Of a stretch of DNA of 64,000 bases, positions 11,560 to 23,352 are shown in pieces. The position numbers and the translations under genes were made by a program. Origin of the DNA: Escherichia coli. GTDB lineage: Bacteria; Pseudomonadota; Gammaproteobacteria; Enterobacterales; Enterobacteriaceae. A model generated the notes under the pieces. That model saw only the letters and a program-made list of their open reading frames with translations. It did no database searches and was not told the origin of the DNA. The stretch lies in assembly GCF_050320075.1 (NCBI RefSeq), contig NZ_CP190018.1, one strand, 5' to 3'. How positions within the stretch are numbered: position 1 is the stretch's first letter; the number at the start of each line of letters is the position of its first letter.

Positions 11560-14500
11560 ATGAATAAGAAATTTAAATATAAGAAATCGCTTTTAGCGGC
11601 TATTTTGAGCGCAACCCTGTTAGCCGGTTGTGATGGCGGTGGTTCCGGATCTTCCTCCGATACGCCGCCTGTAGATTCTGGAACAGGGTCTTTGCCGGAA
11701 GTGAAACCTGATCCAACACCAAACCCGGAGCCGACGCCTGAGCCAACGCCGGACCCAGAACCTACGCCGGAACCGACACCTGATCCTGAGCCAACACCAG
11801 AACCGGAGCCAGAACCTGTTCCTACGAAAACGGGTTATCTGACCCTGGGCGGAAGCCAGCGGATAACTGGTGCTACTTGTAATGGTGAATCCAGCGATGG
11901 CTTTACCTTTACGCCAGGCGACAAAGTCACCTGTGTGGCAGGGAACAACACGACAATTGCTACCTTCGACACCCAGTCAGAAGCTGCGCGTAGCCTGCGT
12001 GCGGTTGAAAAAGTGTCGTTTAGTCTTGAGGATGCGCAAGAACTGGTGGCTTCCGATGACAAGAAAAGCAATGCGGTTTCGCTGGTAACGTCCAGTAACA
12101 GCTGTCCGGCGAATACAGAACAGGTTTGCCTGACGTTCTCCTCTGTGATCGAGAGTAAACGTTTCGACTCACTGTATAAGCAAATCGATCTGGCACCGGA
12201 AGAGTTCAAAAAGCTGGTCAATGAAGAGGTGGAAAACAATGCTGCGACCGATAAAGCGCCATCCACTCATACCTCACCGGTTGTGCCTGTCACCACGCCG
12301 GGAACAAAACCGGATCTGAACGCTTCCTTCGTGTCGGCTAACGCGGAACAGTTTTATCAGTATCAACCTTCGGAAATCATTCTCTCCGAAGGCCGACTGG
12401 TCGATAGCCAGGGATATGGTGTTGCTGGCGTCAACTACTACACCAATTCAGGCCGTGGCGTGACAGGGGAAAATGGTGAATTTTCCTTTAGCTGGGGCGA
12501 AACCATCTCCTTTGGTATCGATACCTTTGAACTGGGCTCAGTGCGCGGCAATAAGTCGACCATTGCATTGACTGAACTGGGTGATGAAGTTCGCGGGGCG
12601 AATATTGATCAGCTTATTCATCGCTATTCGACGACCGGGCAAAATAATACCCGTGTTGTTCCGGACGATGTACGCAAGGTCTTTGCCGAATATCCCAACG
12701 TGATCAACGAGATTATCAATCTCTCGTTATCCAACGGTGCGACGCTGGATGAAGGTGAGCAAGTTGTTAATCTGCCAAACGAATTTATTGAGCAGTTTAA
12801 GACGGGTCAAGCCAAAGAGATCGATACCGCAATCTGTGCGAAAACTGGCGGTTGCAACCAGGCACGCTGGTTCTCGCTGACGACGCGCAATGTTAATGAC
12901 GGCCAGATTCAGGGCGTTATCAACAAGCTGTGGGGCGTGGATACAAGTTACAAATCTGTCAGCAAGTTCCATGTATTCCATGACTCCACCAACTTCTATG
13001 GCAGCACCGGTAATGCGCGCGGTCAGGCGGTGGTGAATATCTCTAACGCGGCCTTCCCGATTCTGATGGCGCGTAATGATAAAAACTACTGGCTGGCCTT
13101 CGGCGAGAAACGCGCCTGGGATAAAAACGAGCTGGCGTACATTACGGAAGCGCCTTCTCTTGTTGAGCCGGAAAACGTTACGCGCGATACCGCCACCTTT
13201 AACCTGCCGTTTATTTCGCTGGGGCAAGTCGGTGAGGGCAAACTGATGGTTATCGGTAACCCGCACTACAACAGCATTTTGCGTTGTCCGAACGGTTACA
13301 GCTGGAACGGGGGCGTTAATAAAGACGGGCAGTGTACGCTCAGCGGTGATTCAGATGACATGAAGCACTTCATGCAGAACGTACTGCGCTATCTGTCCGA
13401 CGATAAATGGACTCCGGACGCGAAAGCCAGCATGACCGTAGGCACCAACCTGGATACTGTCTATTTCAAACGTCATGGTCAGGTTACAGGAAATAGCGCT
13501 GAGTTCGGCTTTCATCCGGATTTTGCGGGTATCTCTGTTGAGCATTTAAGTAGCTATGGCGATCTCGACCCGCAGGAAATGCCGCTGCTGATCCTCAACG
13601 GCTTTGAGTATGTGACTCAGGTTGGTAACGATCCTTATGCAATCCCGCTGCGAGCAGATACCAGCAAACCGAAGCTGACTCAGCAGGATGTGACCGATCT
13701 GATCGCCTATCTGAACAAAGGTGGATCGGTGCTGATCATGGAAAACGTGATGAGCAATCTTAAGGAAGAGAGCGCGTCTGGCTTTGTACGTCTGCTTGAT
13801 GCCGCAGGTCTGTCGATGGCACTGAACAAGTCGGTAGTAAATAACGATCCGCAAGGGTATCCGAACCGCGTTCGTCAGCAGCGCGCAACGGGCATTTGGG
13901 TCTATGAACGTTATCCTGCCGTAGATGGTGCGCTGCCGTACACCATCGATAGTAAGACAGGGGAAGTTAAGTGGAAATATCAGGTAGAAAACAAACCTGA
14001 TGACAAACCGAAGCTGGAAGTTGCCAGCTGGCTGGAAGATGTAGATGGCAAACAGGAAACGCGTTATGCCTTTATTGATGAGGCCGATCATAAAACAGAG
14101 GATTCTCTGAAGGCTGCGAAGGCAAAAATCTTTGAGAAGTTTCCTGGATTAAAGGAGTGTAAGGACCCAACTTACCACTACGAGGTCAACTGTCTGGAAT
14201 ATCGTCCTGGCACGGGGGTTCCGGTTACTGGTGGCATGTATGTTCCACAGTATACGCAACTAAGCCTTAACGCCGACACGGCAAAAGCGATGGTGCAGGC
14301 TGCGGATTTAGGCACCAACATTCAGCGTCTGTATCAGCATGAGCTCTACTTCCGGACCAATGGTCGCAAAGGTGAGCGTCTGAGCAGCGTCGATCTGGAA
14401 CGTCTGTACCAGAACATGTCGGTCTGGCTGTGGAATAAAATTGAATATCGCTATGAAAACGACAAGGATGACGAGCTGGGCTTTAAAACGTTCACTGAGT

Positions 14501-16128
14501 TCCTGAATTGCTACGCCAACAATGCCTATAGCGAAGGCACGCAGTGTTCTGCAGATCTGAAAAAATCGCTTGTCGATAACAACATGATCTACGGTGACGG
14601 TAGCAGCAAAGCAGGCATGATGAACCCGAGCTATCCGCTCAACTATATGGAAAAACCGCTGACGCGCCTGATGCTGGGTCGTTCCTGGTGGGATCTGAAC
14701 ATCAAAGTTGATGTCGAGAAGTATCCGGGAGCGGTATCGGCAGAAGGTGAGAAGGTTACTGAAACCATCAGCCTGTACTCGAATCCGACCAAATGGTTTG
14801 CGGGTAACATGCAGTCTACTGGCCTGTGGGCTCCGGCTCAGAAAGAGGTCACCATTGAGTCTACTGCATCAGTTCCTGTGACTGTCACCGTGGCGCTGGC
14901 CGACGATCTGACCGGACGCGAGAAGCATGAAGTCGCGCTGAACCGTCCGCCAAAAGTGACGAAAACCTATGATCTGAAAGCCAATGATAAGGTGACCTTC
15001 AAGGTGCCTTACGGTGGTCTGATTTATATCAAGGGCAACAGCCCAAAGAATGAGTCAGCCGAATTCACCTTTACTGGTGTGGTAAAAGCGCCGTTCTATA
15101 AAGACGGCGAATGGAAAAACGCTCTGAACTCCCCTGCGCCGTTGGGTGAGCTGGAGTCAGATTCTTTCGTCTACACTGCACCGAAGAACAACCTGAACGC
15201 CAGCAATTACAAGGATAAGGGTGGCCTGAAACAATTCGCTAAAGATCTGGATACCTTTGCCAGCTCGATGAATGATTTCTACGGTCGTAATGATGAAGAC
15301 GGTAAGCACCGGATGTTTACCTATAAAAACTTGACGGGGCACAAGCATCGTTTCACCAACGATGTGCAGATCTCCATCGGTGATGCGCACTCTGGTTATC
15401 CGGTAATGAACAGCAGCTTCTCGACGAACAGCACCACGCTGCCGACGACGCCGCTGAACGACTGGCTGATCTGGCACGAAGTTGGTCACAACGCCGCCGA
15501 AACGCCGCTGACTGTTCCTGGCGCAACTGAAGTAGCGAACAACGTGCTGGCGCTGTACATGCAGGATCGCTATCTCGGCAAGATGAACCGTGTCGCTGAC
15601 GACATTACCGTCGCGCCGGAATATCTGGAGGAGAGCAACGGTCAGGCATGGGCGCGCGGCGGTGCGGGGGACCGTCTGCTGATGTACGCACAGCTGAAAG
15701 AGTGGGCAGAGAAAAACTTTGATATCAAGACGTGGTATCCAGATGGCAATCTGCCAGAGTTCTACAGCGAGCGTGAAGGGATGAAAGGCTGGAACCTGTT
15801 CCAGTTGATGCACCGTAAAGCGCGCGGCGATGAGGTTGGCAATAACAAGTTCGGCAGTAAGAACTACTGTGCTGAATCTAACGGTAACGCTGCCGACACG
15901 CTGATGCTGTGTGCCTCCTGGGTCGCCCAGACGGATCTTTCGGAGTTCTTTAAGAAATGGAATCCGGGCGCGAATGCTTACCAGTTGCCGGGAGCGACGG
16001 AGATGAGCTTCGAAGGCGGTGTGAGCCAGTCGGCTTACAACACGCTCGCGTCACTCGATCTGCCGAAACCGAAGCAAGGGCCGGAAACCATTAATAAGGT
16101 TACCGAATATTCGATGCCTGCTGAATAA
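11560..16128 (+). CDS. sslE: SslE/YghJ secreted lipoprotein, an M60-like zinc metalloprotease (mucinase).
   Basis: Start taken at MNKKFKYKKSLLAAILSATLLAGC (lipobox LLAGC). A Pro/Glu/Thr-rich PEPTPEPTPDPEPTP linker is encoded at 11695-11823. The HExxH motif WHEVGHNAAE lies near the C-terminus. The gene sits upstream of pppA-yghG-gspC-M. Confidence 0.9.
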   Translation: MNKKFKYKKSLLAAILSATLLAGCDGGGSGSSSDTPPVDSGTGSLPEVKPDPTPNPEPTPEPTPDPEPTPEPTPDPEPTPEPEPEPVPTKTGYLTLGGSQRITGATCNGESSDGFTFTPGDKVTCVAGNNTTIATFDTQSEAARSLRAVEKVSFSLEDAQELVASDDKKSNAVSLVTSSNSCPANTEQVCLTFSSVIESKRFDSLYKQIDLAPEEFKKLVNEEVENNAATDKAPSTHTSPVVPVTTPGTKPDLNASFVSANAEQFYQYQPSEIILSEGRLVDSQGYGVAGVNYYTNSGRGVTGENGEFSFSWGETISFGIDTFELGSVRGNKSTIALTELGDEVRGANIDQLIHRYSTTGQNNTRVVPDDVRKVFAEYPNVINEIINLSLSNGATLDEGEQVVNLPNEFIEQFKTGQAKEIDTAICAKTGGCNQARWFSLTTRNVNDGQIQGVINKLWGVDTSYKSVSKFHVFHDSTNFYGSTGNARGQAVVNISNAAFPILMARNDKNYWLAFGEKRAWDKNELAYITEAPSLVEPENVTRDTATFNLPFISLGQVGEGKLMVIGNPHYNSILRCPNGYSWNGGVNKDGQCTLSGDSDDMKHFMQNVLRYLSDDKWTPDAKASMTVGTNLDTVYFKRHGQVTGNSAEFGFHPDFAGISVEHLSSYGDLDPQEMPLLILNGFEYVTQVGNDPYAIPLRADTSKPKLTQQDVTDLIAYLNKGGSVLIMENVMSNLKEESASGFVRLLDAAGLSMALNKSVVNNDPQGYPNRVRQQRATGIWVYERYPAVDGALPYTIDSKTGEVKWKYQVENKPDDKPKLEVASWLEDVDGKQETRYAFIDEADHKTEDSLKAAKAKIFEKFPGLKECKDPTYHYEVNCLEYRPGTGVPVTGGMYVPQYTQLSLNADTAKAMVQAADLGTNIQRLYQHELYFRTNGRKGERLSSVDLERLYQNMSVWLWNKIEYRYENDKDDELGFKTFTEFLNCYANNAYSEGTQCSADLKKSLVDNNMIYGDGSSKAGMMNPSYPLNYMEKPLTRLMLGRSWWDLNIKVDVEKYPGAVSAEGEKVTETISLYSNPTKWFAGNMQSTGLWAPAQKEVTIESTASVPVTVTVALADDLTGREKHEVALNRPPKVTKTYDLKANDKVTFKVPYGGLIYIKGNSPKNESAEFTFTGVVKAPFYKDGEWKNALNSPAPLGELESDSFVYTAPKNNLNASNYKDKGGLKQFAKDLDTFASSMNDFYGRNDEDGKHRMFTYKNLTGHKHRFTNDVQISIGDAHSGYPVMNSSFSTNSTTLPTTPLNDWLIWHEVGHNAAETPLTVPGATEVANNVLALYMQDRYLGKMNRVADDITVAPEYLEESNGQAWARGGAGDRLLMYAQLKEWAEKNFDIKTWYPDGNLPEFYSEREGMKGWNLFQLMHRKARGDEVGNNKFGSKNYCAESNGNAADTLMLCASWVAQTDLSEFFKKWNPGANAYQLPGATEMSFEGGVSQSAYNTLASLDLPKPKQGPETINKVTEYSMPAE

Positions 16129-16245
16129 CCCGGATAAGGCGTTCGCGCCGCATCCGGCATGAAATAAGGCGCATCGGGTTGCGCCAGCTTATCGGGCCTG
16201 GAGGAAAGCCGTATGGCATACACCTGCAGGCCCGCATCCGGCAAG
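16129..16245. repeat. REP/BIME-type extragenic palindromes.
   Basis: CCGGATAAGGCGTTCGCGCCGCATCCGGCA plus a second GCCCGCATCCGGCAAG-type unit, directly after the sslE stop. Confidence 0.75.
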
Positions 16246-16267
16246 TTACAATAAATAACCTTTAACC

Positions 16268-17077
16268 ATGTTTTTTGATGTTTTTCAGCAATACCCCGCG
16301 GCGATGCCCGTCCTGGCTACCGTCGGAGGATTGATTATCGGCAGTTTTTTGAATGTGGTGATTTGGCGTTACCCCATCATGCTGCGCCAACAAATGGCGG
16401 AGTTTCACGGTGAAATGCCGAGTACGCAGTCAAAAATAAGCCTGGCGCTGCCACGCTCGCACTGTCCGCATTGCCAGCAGACTATCCGCGTTCGTGACAA
16501 TATTCCGCTGCTCTCCTGGTTGATGCTCAAAGGGCGCTGCCGTGATTGTCAGGCGAAAATCAGCAAGCGTTATCCGCTGGTCGAGTTATTGACAGCACTC
16601 GCTTTTTTGCTGGCGAGTCTGGTCTGGCCGGAAAGTGGATGGGCGCTGGCGGTGATGATATTATCCGCCTGGCTGATTGCTGCGAGCGTCATCGACCTCG
16701 ACAACCAATGGCTGCCCGATGTTTTTACTCAGGGCGTATTGTGGACCGGGCTGATTGCGGCATGGGCGCAACAGAGTCCGTTAACACTACAAGATGCAGT
16801 TACCGGCGTCCTGGTGGGGTTTATCACTTTTTACTCTCTGCGCTGGATAGCCGGAATAGTTCTGCGTAAAGAAGCATTAGGCATGGGCGATGTATTATTG
16901 TTCGCTGCGTTAGGTAGTTGGGTGGGGGCGTTATCACTGCCCAACGTTGCTTTAATCGCCTCATGCTGCGGCCTGATATATGCCGTTATTACAAAAAGAG
17001 GATCAACCACACTGCCTTTTGGACCGTGTTTAAGTCTGGGCGGTATAGCAACACTTTATCTACAGGCATTGTTTTAA
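16268..17077 (+). CDS. pppA: Prepilin peptidase (A24 family) for the T2SS pseudopilins.
   Basis: 269-aa membrane protein with the CPHC...CRDC zinc motif and conserved Asp-containing TM regions. Confidence 0.9.
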   Translation: MFFDVFQQYPAAMPVLATVGGLIIGSFLNVVIWRYPIMLRQQMAEFHGEMPSTQSKISLALPRSHCPHCQQTIRVRDNIPLLSWLMLKGRCRDCQAKISKRYPLVELLTALAFLLASLVWPESGWALAVMILSAWLIAASVIDLDNQWLPDVFTQGVLWTGLIAAWAQQSPLTLQDAVTGVLVGFITFYSLRWIAGIVLRKEALGMGDVLLFAALGSWVGALSLPNVALIASCCGLIYAVITKRGSTTLPFGPCLSLGGIATLYLQALF

Positions 17078-17142
17078 TGATAACCACGTCATTATCGAAG
17101 TGACATTTTTACTCTTATTAATAACCTTAGAGATTATTTACC

Positions 17143-17553
17143 ATGTCGATAAAACAAATGCCAGGGAGGGTATTAATATCGCTATTGTTGAGCGTTACAG
17201 GATTATTAAGTGGCTGTGCCAGTCATAATGAAAATGCCAGTTTACTGGCGAAAAAACAGGCGCAAAATATCAGCCAAAACCTGCCGATTAAATCTGCGGG
17301 ATATACCTTAGTGCTGGCGCAAAGTAGCGGCACGACGGTAAAAATGACCATTATCAGCGAAGCGGGTGCTCAGACCACGCAGACGCCTGATGCCTTTTTA
17401 ACCAGCTATCAACGACAAATGTGCGCTGACCCGACGGTGAAATTAATGATTACCGAGGGAATTAATTACAGCATAACGATTAATGATACACGTACAGGTA
17501 ACCAGTATCAGCGGAAACTGGATCGTACCACCTGTGGAATAGTCAAAGCATAA
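17143..17553 (+). CDS. yghG: Secretin pilotin lipoprotein (YghG / GspS-beta / AspS).
   Basis: 136 aa with the lipobox LLSGC. It lies between pppA and gspC. Confidence 0.8.
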   Translation: MSIKQMPGRVLISLLLSVTGLLSGCASHNENASLLAKKQAQNISQNLPIKSAGYTLVLAQSSGTTVKMTIISEAGAQTTQTPDAFLTSYQRQMCADPTVKLMITEGINYSITINDTRTGNQYQRKLDRTTCGIVKA

Positions 17554-17570
17554 CGTCGGGTAGATATAAA

Positions 17571-18530
17571 TTGGCGCGGGTTGTTTTTCGTGACGCACGA
17601 ATTTATCTCATTCAATGGCTGACAAAAATTCGTCACACTCTTAACCAGAGACAATCTCTTAATACAGACAAAGAGCATCTGCGAAAAATTGTACGCGCGA
17701 TGTTCTGGCTGATGCTGCTTATTATTTCTGCAAAAGTGGCGCATTCACTCTGGCGCTATTTCTCCTTTTCTGCGGAATATACGGCGGTTTCCCCATCGGC
17801 GAATAAACCGCCCCGTGCAGATGCAAAAACGTTCGATAAAAATGACGTGCAATTAATCAGCCAGCAAAACTGGTTTGGCAAATATCAGCCTGTCGCCGTG
17901 CCGGTAAAACAACCTGAACCTGCGCCTGTGGCAGAAACACGTCTTAATGTGGTGCTGCGCGGGATCGCCTTTGGTACCAGACCTGGCGCGGTTATTGAAG
18001 AAGGCGGCAAACAGCAGGTCTATTTGCAGGGGGAACGGCTTGGTTCTCACAACGCGGTGATTGAGGAAATCAACCGCGACCATGTGATGCTGCGCTATCA
18101 GGGAAAAATAGAGCGCCTGAGCCTGGCAGAAGAGGAGCGTTCCACCGTAGCCGTGACCAACAAAAAAGCCATCAGTGACGAAGCAAAGCAAGCTGTTGCT
18201 GAGCCTGCTGCCAGTGCGCCAGTTGAGATCCCGACTGCTGTGCGTCAGGCACTGGCGAAAGATCCGCAGAAAATTTTTAACTATATCCAGCTTACGCCTG
18301 TGCGTAAGGAGGGGATTGTCGGTTATGCAGTGAAGCCGGGGGCAGATCGTTCTCTGTTCGATGCCAGCGGTTTCAAGGAAGGCGATATCGCCATTGCGTT
18401 AAATCAGCAGGATTTCACTGATCCACGAGCAATGATTGCTCTGATGCGGCAGTTACCTTCAATGGATTCCATTCAACTTACGGTTTTACGCAAGGGTGCG
18501 CGCCACGACATTTCCATCGCGCTGCGCTAA
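17571..18530 (+). CDS. gspC: T2SS protein GspC (beta system).
   Basis: One TM segment (MFWLMLLIISAKVAHSLW) and a C-terminal PDZ-like region. The TTG start at 17571 is uncertain; an in-frame ATG at 17700 is an alternative. Confidence 0.75.
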   Translation: MARVVFRDARIYLIQWLTKIRHTLNQRQSLNTDKEHLRKIVRAMFWLMLLIISAKVAHSLWRYFSFSAEYTAVSPSANKPPRADAKTFDKNDVQLISQQNWFGKYQPVAVPVKQPEPAPVAETRLNVVLRGIAFGTRPGAVIEEGGKQQVYLQGERLGSHNAVIEEINRDHVMLRYQGKIERLSLAEEERSTVAVTNKKAISDEAKQAVAEPAASAPVEIPTAVRQALAKDPQKIFNYIQLTPVRKEGIVGYAVKPGADRSLFDASGFKEGDIAIALNQQDFTDPRAMIALMRQLPSMDSIQLTVLRKGARHDISIALR

Positions 18531-18559
18531 CCGCATTTAATCCAGGAGAATCATTCATC

Positions 18560-20620
18560 GTGTTTTGGCGTGATATTACGTTGTCGGTCTGGCGTAAGAA
18601 GACAACTGGCCTCAAAACAAAAAAGCGTTTACTGCCGCTGGTGCTGGCAGCGGCATTATGCAGTTCACCGGTCTGGGCGGAAGAAGCCACTTTCACCGCT
18701 AATTTTAAAGATACCGACCTGAAATCGTTCATCGAAACCGTCGGCGCTAACCTTAATAAAACCATCATTATGGGGCCGGGCGTACAGGGGAAAGTGAGTA
18801 TTCGTACCATGACTCCGCTCAATGAACGCCAGTATTACCAGCTATTCCTTAACCTGCTGGAAGCACAGGGGTATGCCGTCGTACCGATGGAAAACGACGT
18901 GCTGAAGGTGGTGAAATCCAGCGCCGCGAAAGTCGAGCCACTGCCGTTGGTCGGTGAAGGCAGCGACAACTACGCGGGCGATGAAATGGTCACCAAAGTA
19001 GTGCCGGTACGTAATGTGTCGGTCCGCGAACTGGCACCGATTTTGCGCCAGATGATCGACAGCGCAGGCTCAGGCAACGTTGTTAATTACGATCCCTCCA
19101 ACGTAATTATGCTCACCGGACGCGCCTCCGTCGTGGAGCGGTTGACAGAAGTGATCCAGCGCGTGGATCACGCGGGTAATCGCACTGAAGAGGTGATCCC
19201 GCTGGATAACGCCTCGGCTTCGGAAATCGCCCGCGTGCTGGAAAGCCTGACCAAAAACAGCGGCGAGAACCAGCCAGCAACGCTGAAATCTCAAATTGTC
19301 GCCGATGAACGCACCAACAGTGTGATTGTCAGTGGTGACCCCGCCACGCGGGACAAAATGCGCCGTCTGATCCGTCGCCTGGACTCAGAAATGGAGCGCA
19401 GCGGCAACAGCCAGGTTTTCTATCTCAAATACAGCAAAGCCGAAGATCTGGTCGATGTACTGAAGCAGGTCAGCGGCACGCTCACGGCGGCTAAAGAAGA
19501 GGCGGAAGGCACGGTCGGTAGCGGGCGTGAGGTTGTCTCCATCGCCGCCAGCAAACACAGTAATGCCCTGATTGTTACCGCGCCGCAGGACATCATGCAG
19601 TCGCTGCAAAGCGTGATTGAACAACTGGATATTCGCCGTGCTCAGGTGCATGTCGAGGCGTTGATCGTGGAAGTTGCTGAAGGCAGCAATATCAACTTCG
19701 GCGTGCAGTGGGCGTCGAAAGATGCCGGATTAATGCAGTTTGCTAACGGTACGCAGATCCCTATCGGTACGCTGGGCGCAGCGATTTCTCAGGCGAAACC
19801 GCAGAAAGGCTCGACGGTGATCAGTGAAAACGGCGCTACCACCATTAATCCGGATACCAACGGCGATCTCTCCACGCTCGCCCAGCTTCTTTCCGGCTTC
19901 AGTGGTACGGCGGTTGGCGTGGTGAAAGGCGACTGGATGGCACTGGTACAGGCGGTCAAAAACGACTCCAGCTCGAACGTGCTCTCCACGCCGAGCATCA
20001 CCACGCTGGACAACCAGGAAGCCTTCTTCATGGTGGGCCAGGACGTTCCGGTATTAACCGGCTCTACCGTTGGCTCCAATAACAGCAATCCTTTCAATAC
20101 AGTAGAAAGGAAAAAAGTCGGCATCATGCTGAAGGTCACGCCGCAGATTAACGAAGGTAACGCGGTACAGATGGTGATTGAGCAGGAAGTGTCGAAGGTG
20201 GAAGGACAGACCAGCCTCGATGTGGTGTTTGGCGAGCGCAAACTGAAGACTACCGTGCTGGCTAACGATGGTGAGTTGATTGTGCTTGGCGGTCTGATGG
20301 ACGACCAGGCGGGAGAAAGCGTGGCGAAAGTGCCGTTGTTGGGCGATATCCCGTTGATTGGCAACCTGTTTAAGTCCACGGCAGATAAAAAAGAAAAACG
20401 TAACCTGATGGTGTTTATCCGTCCGACCATTCTGCGTGACGGTATGGCGGCAGACGGCGTGTCGCAGCGCAAATATAACTATATGCGCGCCGAGCAGATC
20501 TATCGCGATGAGCAAGGCTTAAGCCTGATGCCGAACACTGCGCAGCCGGTACTACCAGCGCAAGACCAAGCCTTACCGCCGGAAGTTCGCGCGTTCCTTA
20601 ATGCCGGGAGAACGCGTTAA
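18560..20620 (+). CDS. gspD: T2SS secretin GspD.
   Basis: 686 aa with a GTG start and a signal peptide ending VWAEE. It has N0-N3 domains and a secretin core ([14 protein letters not shown]). Confidence 0.95.
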   Translation: MFWRDITLSVWRKKTTGLKTKKRLLPLVLAAALCSSPVWAEEATFTANFKDTDLKSFIETVGANLNKTIIMGPGVQGKVSIRTMTPLNERQYYQLFLNLLEAQGYAVVPMENDVLKVVKSSAAKVEPLPLVGEGSDNYAGDEMVTKVVPVRNVSVRELAPILRQMIDSAGSGNVVNYDPSNVIMLTGRASVVERLTEVIQRVDHAGNRTEEVIPLDNASASEIARVLESLTKNSGENQPATLKSQIVADERTNSVIVSGDPATRDKMRRLIRRLDSEMERSGNSQVFYLKYSKAEDLVDVLKQVSGTLTAAKEEAEGTVGSGREVVSIAASKHSNALIVTAPQDIMQSLQSVIEQLDIRRAQVHVEALIVEVAEGSNINFGVQWASKDAGLMQFANGTQIPIGTLGAAISQAKPQKGSTVISENGATTINPDTNGDLSTLAQLLSGFSGTAVGVVKGDWMALVQAVKNDSSSNVLSTPSITTLDNQEAFFMVGQDVPVLTGSTVGSNNSNPFNTVERKKVGIMLKVTPQINEGNAVQMVIEQEVSKVEGQTSLDVVFGERKLKTTVLANDGELIVLGGLMDDQAGESVAKVPLLGDIPLIGNLFKSTADKKEKRNLMVFIRPTILRDGMAADGVSQRKYNYMRAEQIYRDEQGLSLMPNTAQPVLPAQDQALPPEVRAFLNAGRTR

Positions 20621-22113
20621 TGGTGCCTGTAGCACAGGAAACCTCCGCTAACACCGTGCGTCTGCCCTACAGTTTCAGCCGCCGGTTTAGCCTGGTGGCA
20701 TGGTGCGAAGCGTCGCTGGAGATCCTCCATGTTCATCCGTTGTCGCTCTCTGTTTTGCAGGAGCTGCAACGGGGGCTGAACGCGCCCTTTACGCTGCGGC
20801 AAATCGACGAAGCCGAATTTGAACAGCGGCTGAATGCGGTCTGGCAGCGGGACTCTTCCGAGGCTCGCCAACTGATGGAAGATCTCGGTTCTGCCGAGGA
20901 CTTTTTTACCCTCGCAGAAGAACTGCCGGAAACGGAAGATCTGCTGGAAAGTGACGACGATGCGCCGATCATCAAACTGATCAACGCCATGCTGGCAGAG
21001 GCGATTAAAGAAGGCGCTTCGGATATCCACATTGAGACGTTTGAAAAGAGTCTGGTGATCCGTTTTCGTGTTGACGGCACATTACATGAAATGTTGCGCC
21101 CCGGTCGTAAACTGGCCTCGCTGCTGGTCTCGCGTATCAAGGTGATGGCGCGACTGGATATCGCCGAAAAGCGCGTACCGCAGGATGGCCGTATTGCGCT
21201 GCTGCTGGGCGGTCGGGCGATTGACGTCCGTGTATCAACCATGCCTTCCGCCTGGGGGGAACGGGTGGTGCTGCGACTGCTGGACAAAAACCAGGCTCGC
21301 CTGACGCTGGAGCGTCTGGGTTTAAGTCTCGAACTGACTGCGCAGTTGCGCCAGCTGTTACACAAACCGCACGGCATTTTTCTGGTGACGGGGCCGACCG
21401 GTTCCGGCAAAAGCACCACGCTGTACGCTGGATTGCAGGAGCTGAACAACCACTCGCGTAACATTCTCACGGTTGAAGACCCTATCGAATACATGATTGA
21501 AGGGATCGGTCAGACGCAGGTTAACACCCGCGTCGGCATGACATTCGCCCGTGGCCTGCGCGCAATTTTGCGTCAGGACCCGGATGTGGTGATGGTCGGT
21601 GAAATCCGCGATACCGAAACCGCAGAAATCGCTGTTCAGGCTTCACTGACCGGACACCTGGTACTTTCCACGCTGCATACCAACACAGCGGTGGGGGCGA
21701 TCACGCGTTTGCAGGATATGGGCGTGGAGCCTTTCCTGCTCTCTTCCAGTCTGACGGGCGTGATGGCGCAGCGACTGGTCCGCACGCTGTGCTCCGACTG
21801 CCGTCAGGCCGCGCCTGCCACCGACGAAGAAAAACGTCTTATGGGGATCTCCGATACGCATGCCGTCACGCTGTACCATCCGCAGGGCTGCCCCGCCTGT
21901 AATCACAAAGGTTTTCGCGGACGTACTGCCATCCATGAACTGATTGTGGTGGACGCCACATTGCGTGATTTGATCCACCGTCAGGCCGGGGAACTGGAGC
22001 TGGAACGTTATGTCCGGCAACACTCTGCGGGTATCCGCAGCAACGGCATTGAGAAAGTGCTCGCCGGAGAAACCTCTCTCGATGAAGTTCTGCGGGTAAC
22101 CATGGAGGCGTAA
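20620..22113 (+). CDS. gspE: T2SS ATPase GspE.
   Basis: Walker [14 protein letters not shown] and the tetracysteine motif CxxC...CxxC. Its start overlaps the gspD stop. Confidence 0.95.
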   Translation: MVPVAQETSANTVRLPYSFSRRFSLVAWCEASLEILHVHPLSLSVLQELQRGLNAPFTLRQIDEAEFEQRLNAVWQRDSSEARQLMEDLGSAEDFFTLAEELPETEDLLESDDDAPIIKLINAMLAEAIKEGASDIHIETFEKSLVIRFRVDGTLHEMLRPGRKLASLLVSRIKVMARLDIAEKRVPQDGRIALLLGGRAIDVRVSTMPSAWGERVVLRLLDKNQARLTLERLGLSLELTAQLRQLLHKPHGIFLVTGPTGSGKSTTLYAGLQELNNHSRNILTVEDPIEYMIEGIGQTQVNTRVGMTFARGLRAILRQDPDVVMVGEIRDTETAEIAVQASLTGHLVLSTLHTNTAVGAITRLQDMGVEPFLLSSSLTGVMAQRLVRTLCSDCRQAAPATDEEKRLMGISDTHAVTLYHPQGCPACNHKGFRGRTAIHELIVVDATLRDLIHRQAGELELERYVRQHSAGIRSNGIEKVLAGETSLDEVLRVTMEA

Positions 22114-23336
22114 TGGCACTGTTTTACTATCAGGCGCTGGAGCGTAATGGTCGCAAAACCAAAGGCATGATTGAGGCGGATTCCGCGCGTCATGCCCGTC
22201 AATTGTTACGCGGTAAAGACCTCATTCCCGTGCACATTGAAGCCCGGATGAATGCATCGGCAGGGGGATTGTTGCAGCGTCGGCGGCACGCACATCGTCG
22301 CGTGGCGGCGGCAGATCTGGCGCTGTTCACGCGCCAACTGGCAACGCTGGTGCAGGCAGCAATGCCGCTGGAAACCTGCTTACAGGCGGTCAGTGAGCAA
22401 AGTGAAAAACTGCATGTGAAAAGTTTGGGAATGGCGCTGCGCAGCCGGATTCAGGAAGGCTATACCCTGTCGGACAGCCTGCGCGAACATCCCCGCGTCT
22501 TTGACTCCCTGTTTTGTTCGATGGTCGCTGCCGGAGAAAAATCCGGACATCTCGACGTGGTGCTCAATCGCCTGGCGGATTACACCGAACAGCGGCAGCG
22601 TCTGAAATCACGCCTGCTGCAGGCCATGCTCTACCCGCTGGTACTGCTGGTGGTGGCAACGGGCGTGGTCACTATTTTGCTGACGGCAGTAGTGCCGAAA
22701 ATTATCGAACAGTTTGATCATCTCGGACACGCGCTGCCCGCCTCCACCCGAATGCTCATCGCCATGAGCGACGCGTTACAGGCCAGCGGCGTGTACTGGC
22801 TGGCGGGTTTGCTGGGGCTTCTGGTGCTGGGGCAACGGCTACTCAAAAATCCTGCGATGCGCCTGCGCTGGGATAAAACCTTGCTGCGTTTGCCCGTGAC
22901 GGGGCGTGTTGCGCGCGGACTGAATACGGCGTGTTTTTCCCGCACATTAAGCATCCTCACCGCCAGCAGTGTTCCGCTGCTGGAAGGCATTCAGACCGCC
23001 GCCGCCGTGTCGGCAAATCGTTATGTCGAGCAACAACTGCTGCTGGCGGCAGATCGCGTCCGCGAAGGAAGCAGCCTGCGCGCCGCGCTGGCGGAGTTGC
23101 GACTGTTCCCGCCGATGATGCTGTACATGATCGCCTCCGGCGAACAGAGCGGCGAGCTGGAAACCATGCTTGAGCAGGCCGCAGTCAACCAGGAACGGGA
23201 ATTTGATACCCAGGTGGGGCTGGCGTTAGGGCTGTTTGAGCCTGCTCTGGTGGTGATGATGGCGGGCGTGGTGCTGTTTATTGTCATCGCTATCCTCGAG
23301 CCGATGCTGCAACTGAACAATATGGTTGGAATGTAA
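22113..23336 (+). CDS. gspF: T2SS inner-membrane platform GspF.
   Basis: 407-aa polytopic protein. Its start overlaps the gspE stop. Confidence 0.95.
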   Translation: MALFYYQALERNGRKTKGMIEADSARHARQLLRGKDLIPVHIEARMNASAGGLLQRRRHAHRRVAAADLALFTRQLATLVQAAMPLETCLQAVSEQSEKLHVKSLGMALRSRIQEGYTLSDSLREHPRVFDSLFCSMVAAGEKSGHLDVVLNRLADYTEQRQRLKSRLLQAMLYPLVLLVVATGVVTILLTAVVPKIIEQFDHLGHALPASTRMLIAMSDALQASGVYWLAGLLGLLVLGQRLLKNPAMRLRWDKTLLRLPVTGRVARGLNTACFSRTLSILTASSVPLLEGIQTAAAVSANRYVEQQLLLAADRVREGSSLRAALAELRLFPPMMLYMIASGEQSGELETMLEQAAVNQEREFDTQVGLALGLFEPALVVMMAGVVLFIVIAILEPMLQLNNMVGM

Positions 23337-23352
23337 TTTACGGAGTTATCAC

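Noticed and set aside
12727-21494. Large antisense ORFs inside sslE (12727-13266, 13546-14091, 15157-15813), gspD (19789-20472, 20054-20515) and gspE (20733-21494).
   Set aside because: Each lies entirely within, and opposite to, a well-supported conserved gene. The products are low-complexity or Arg/Ser-rich, as is typical of antisense frames.
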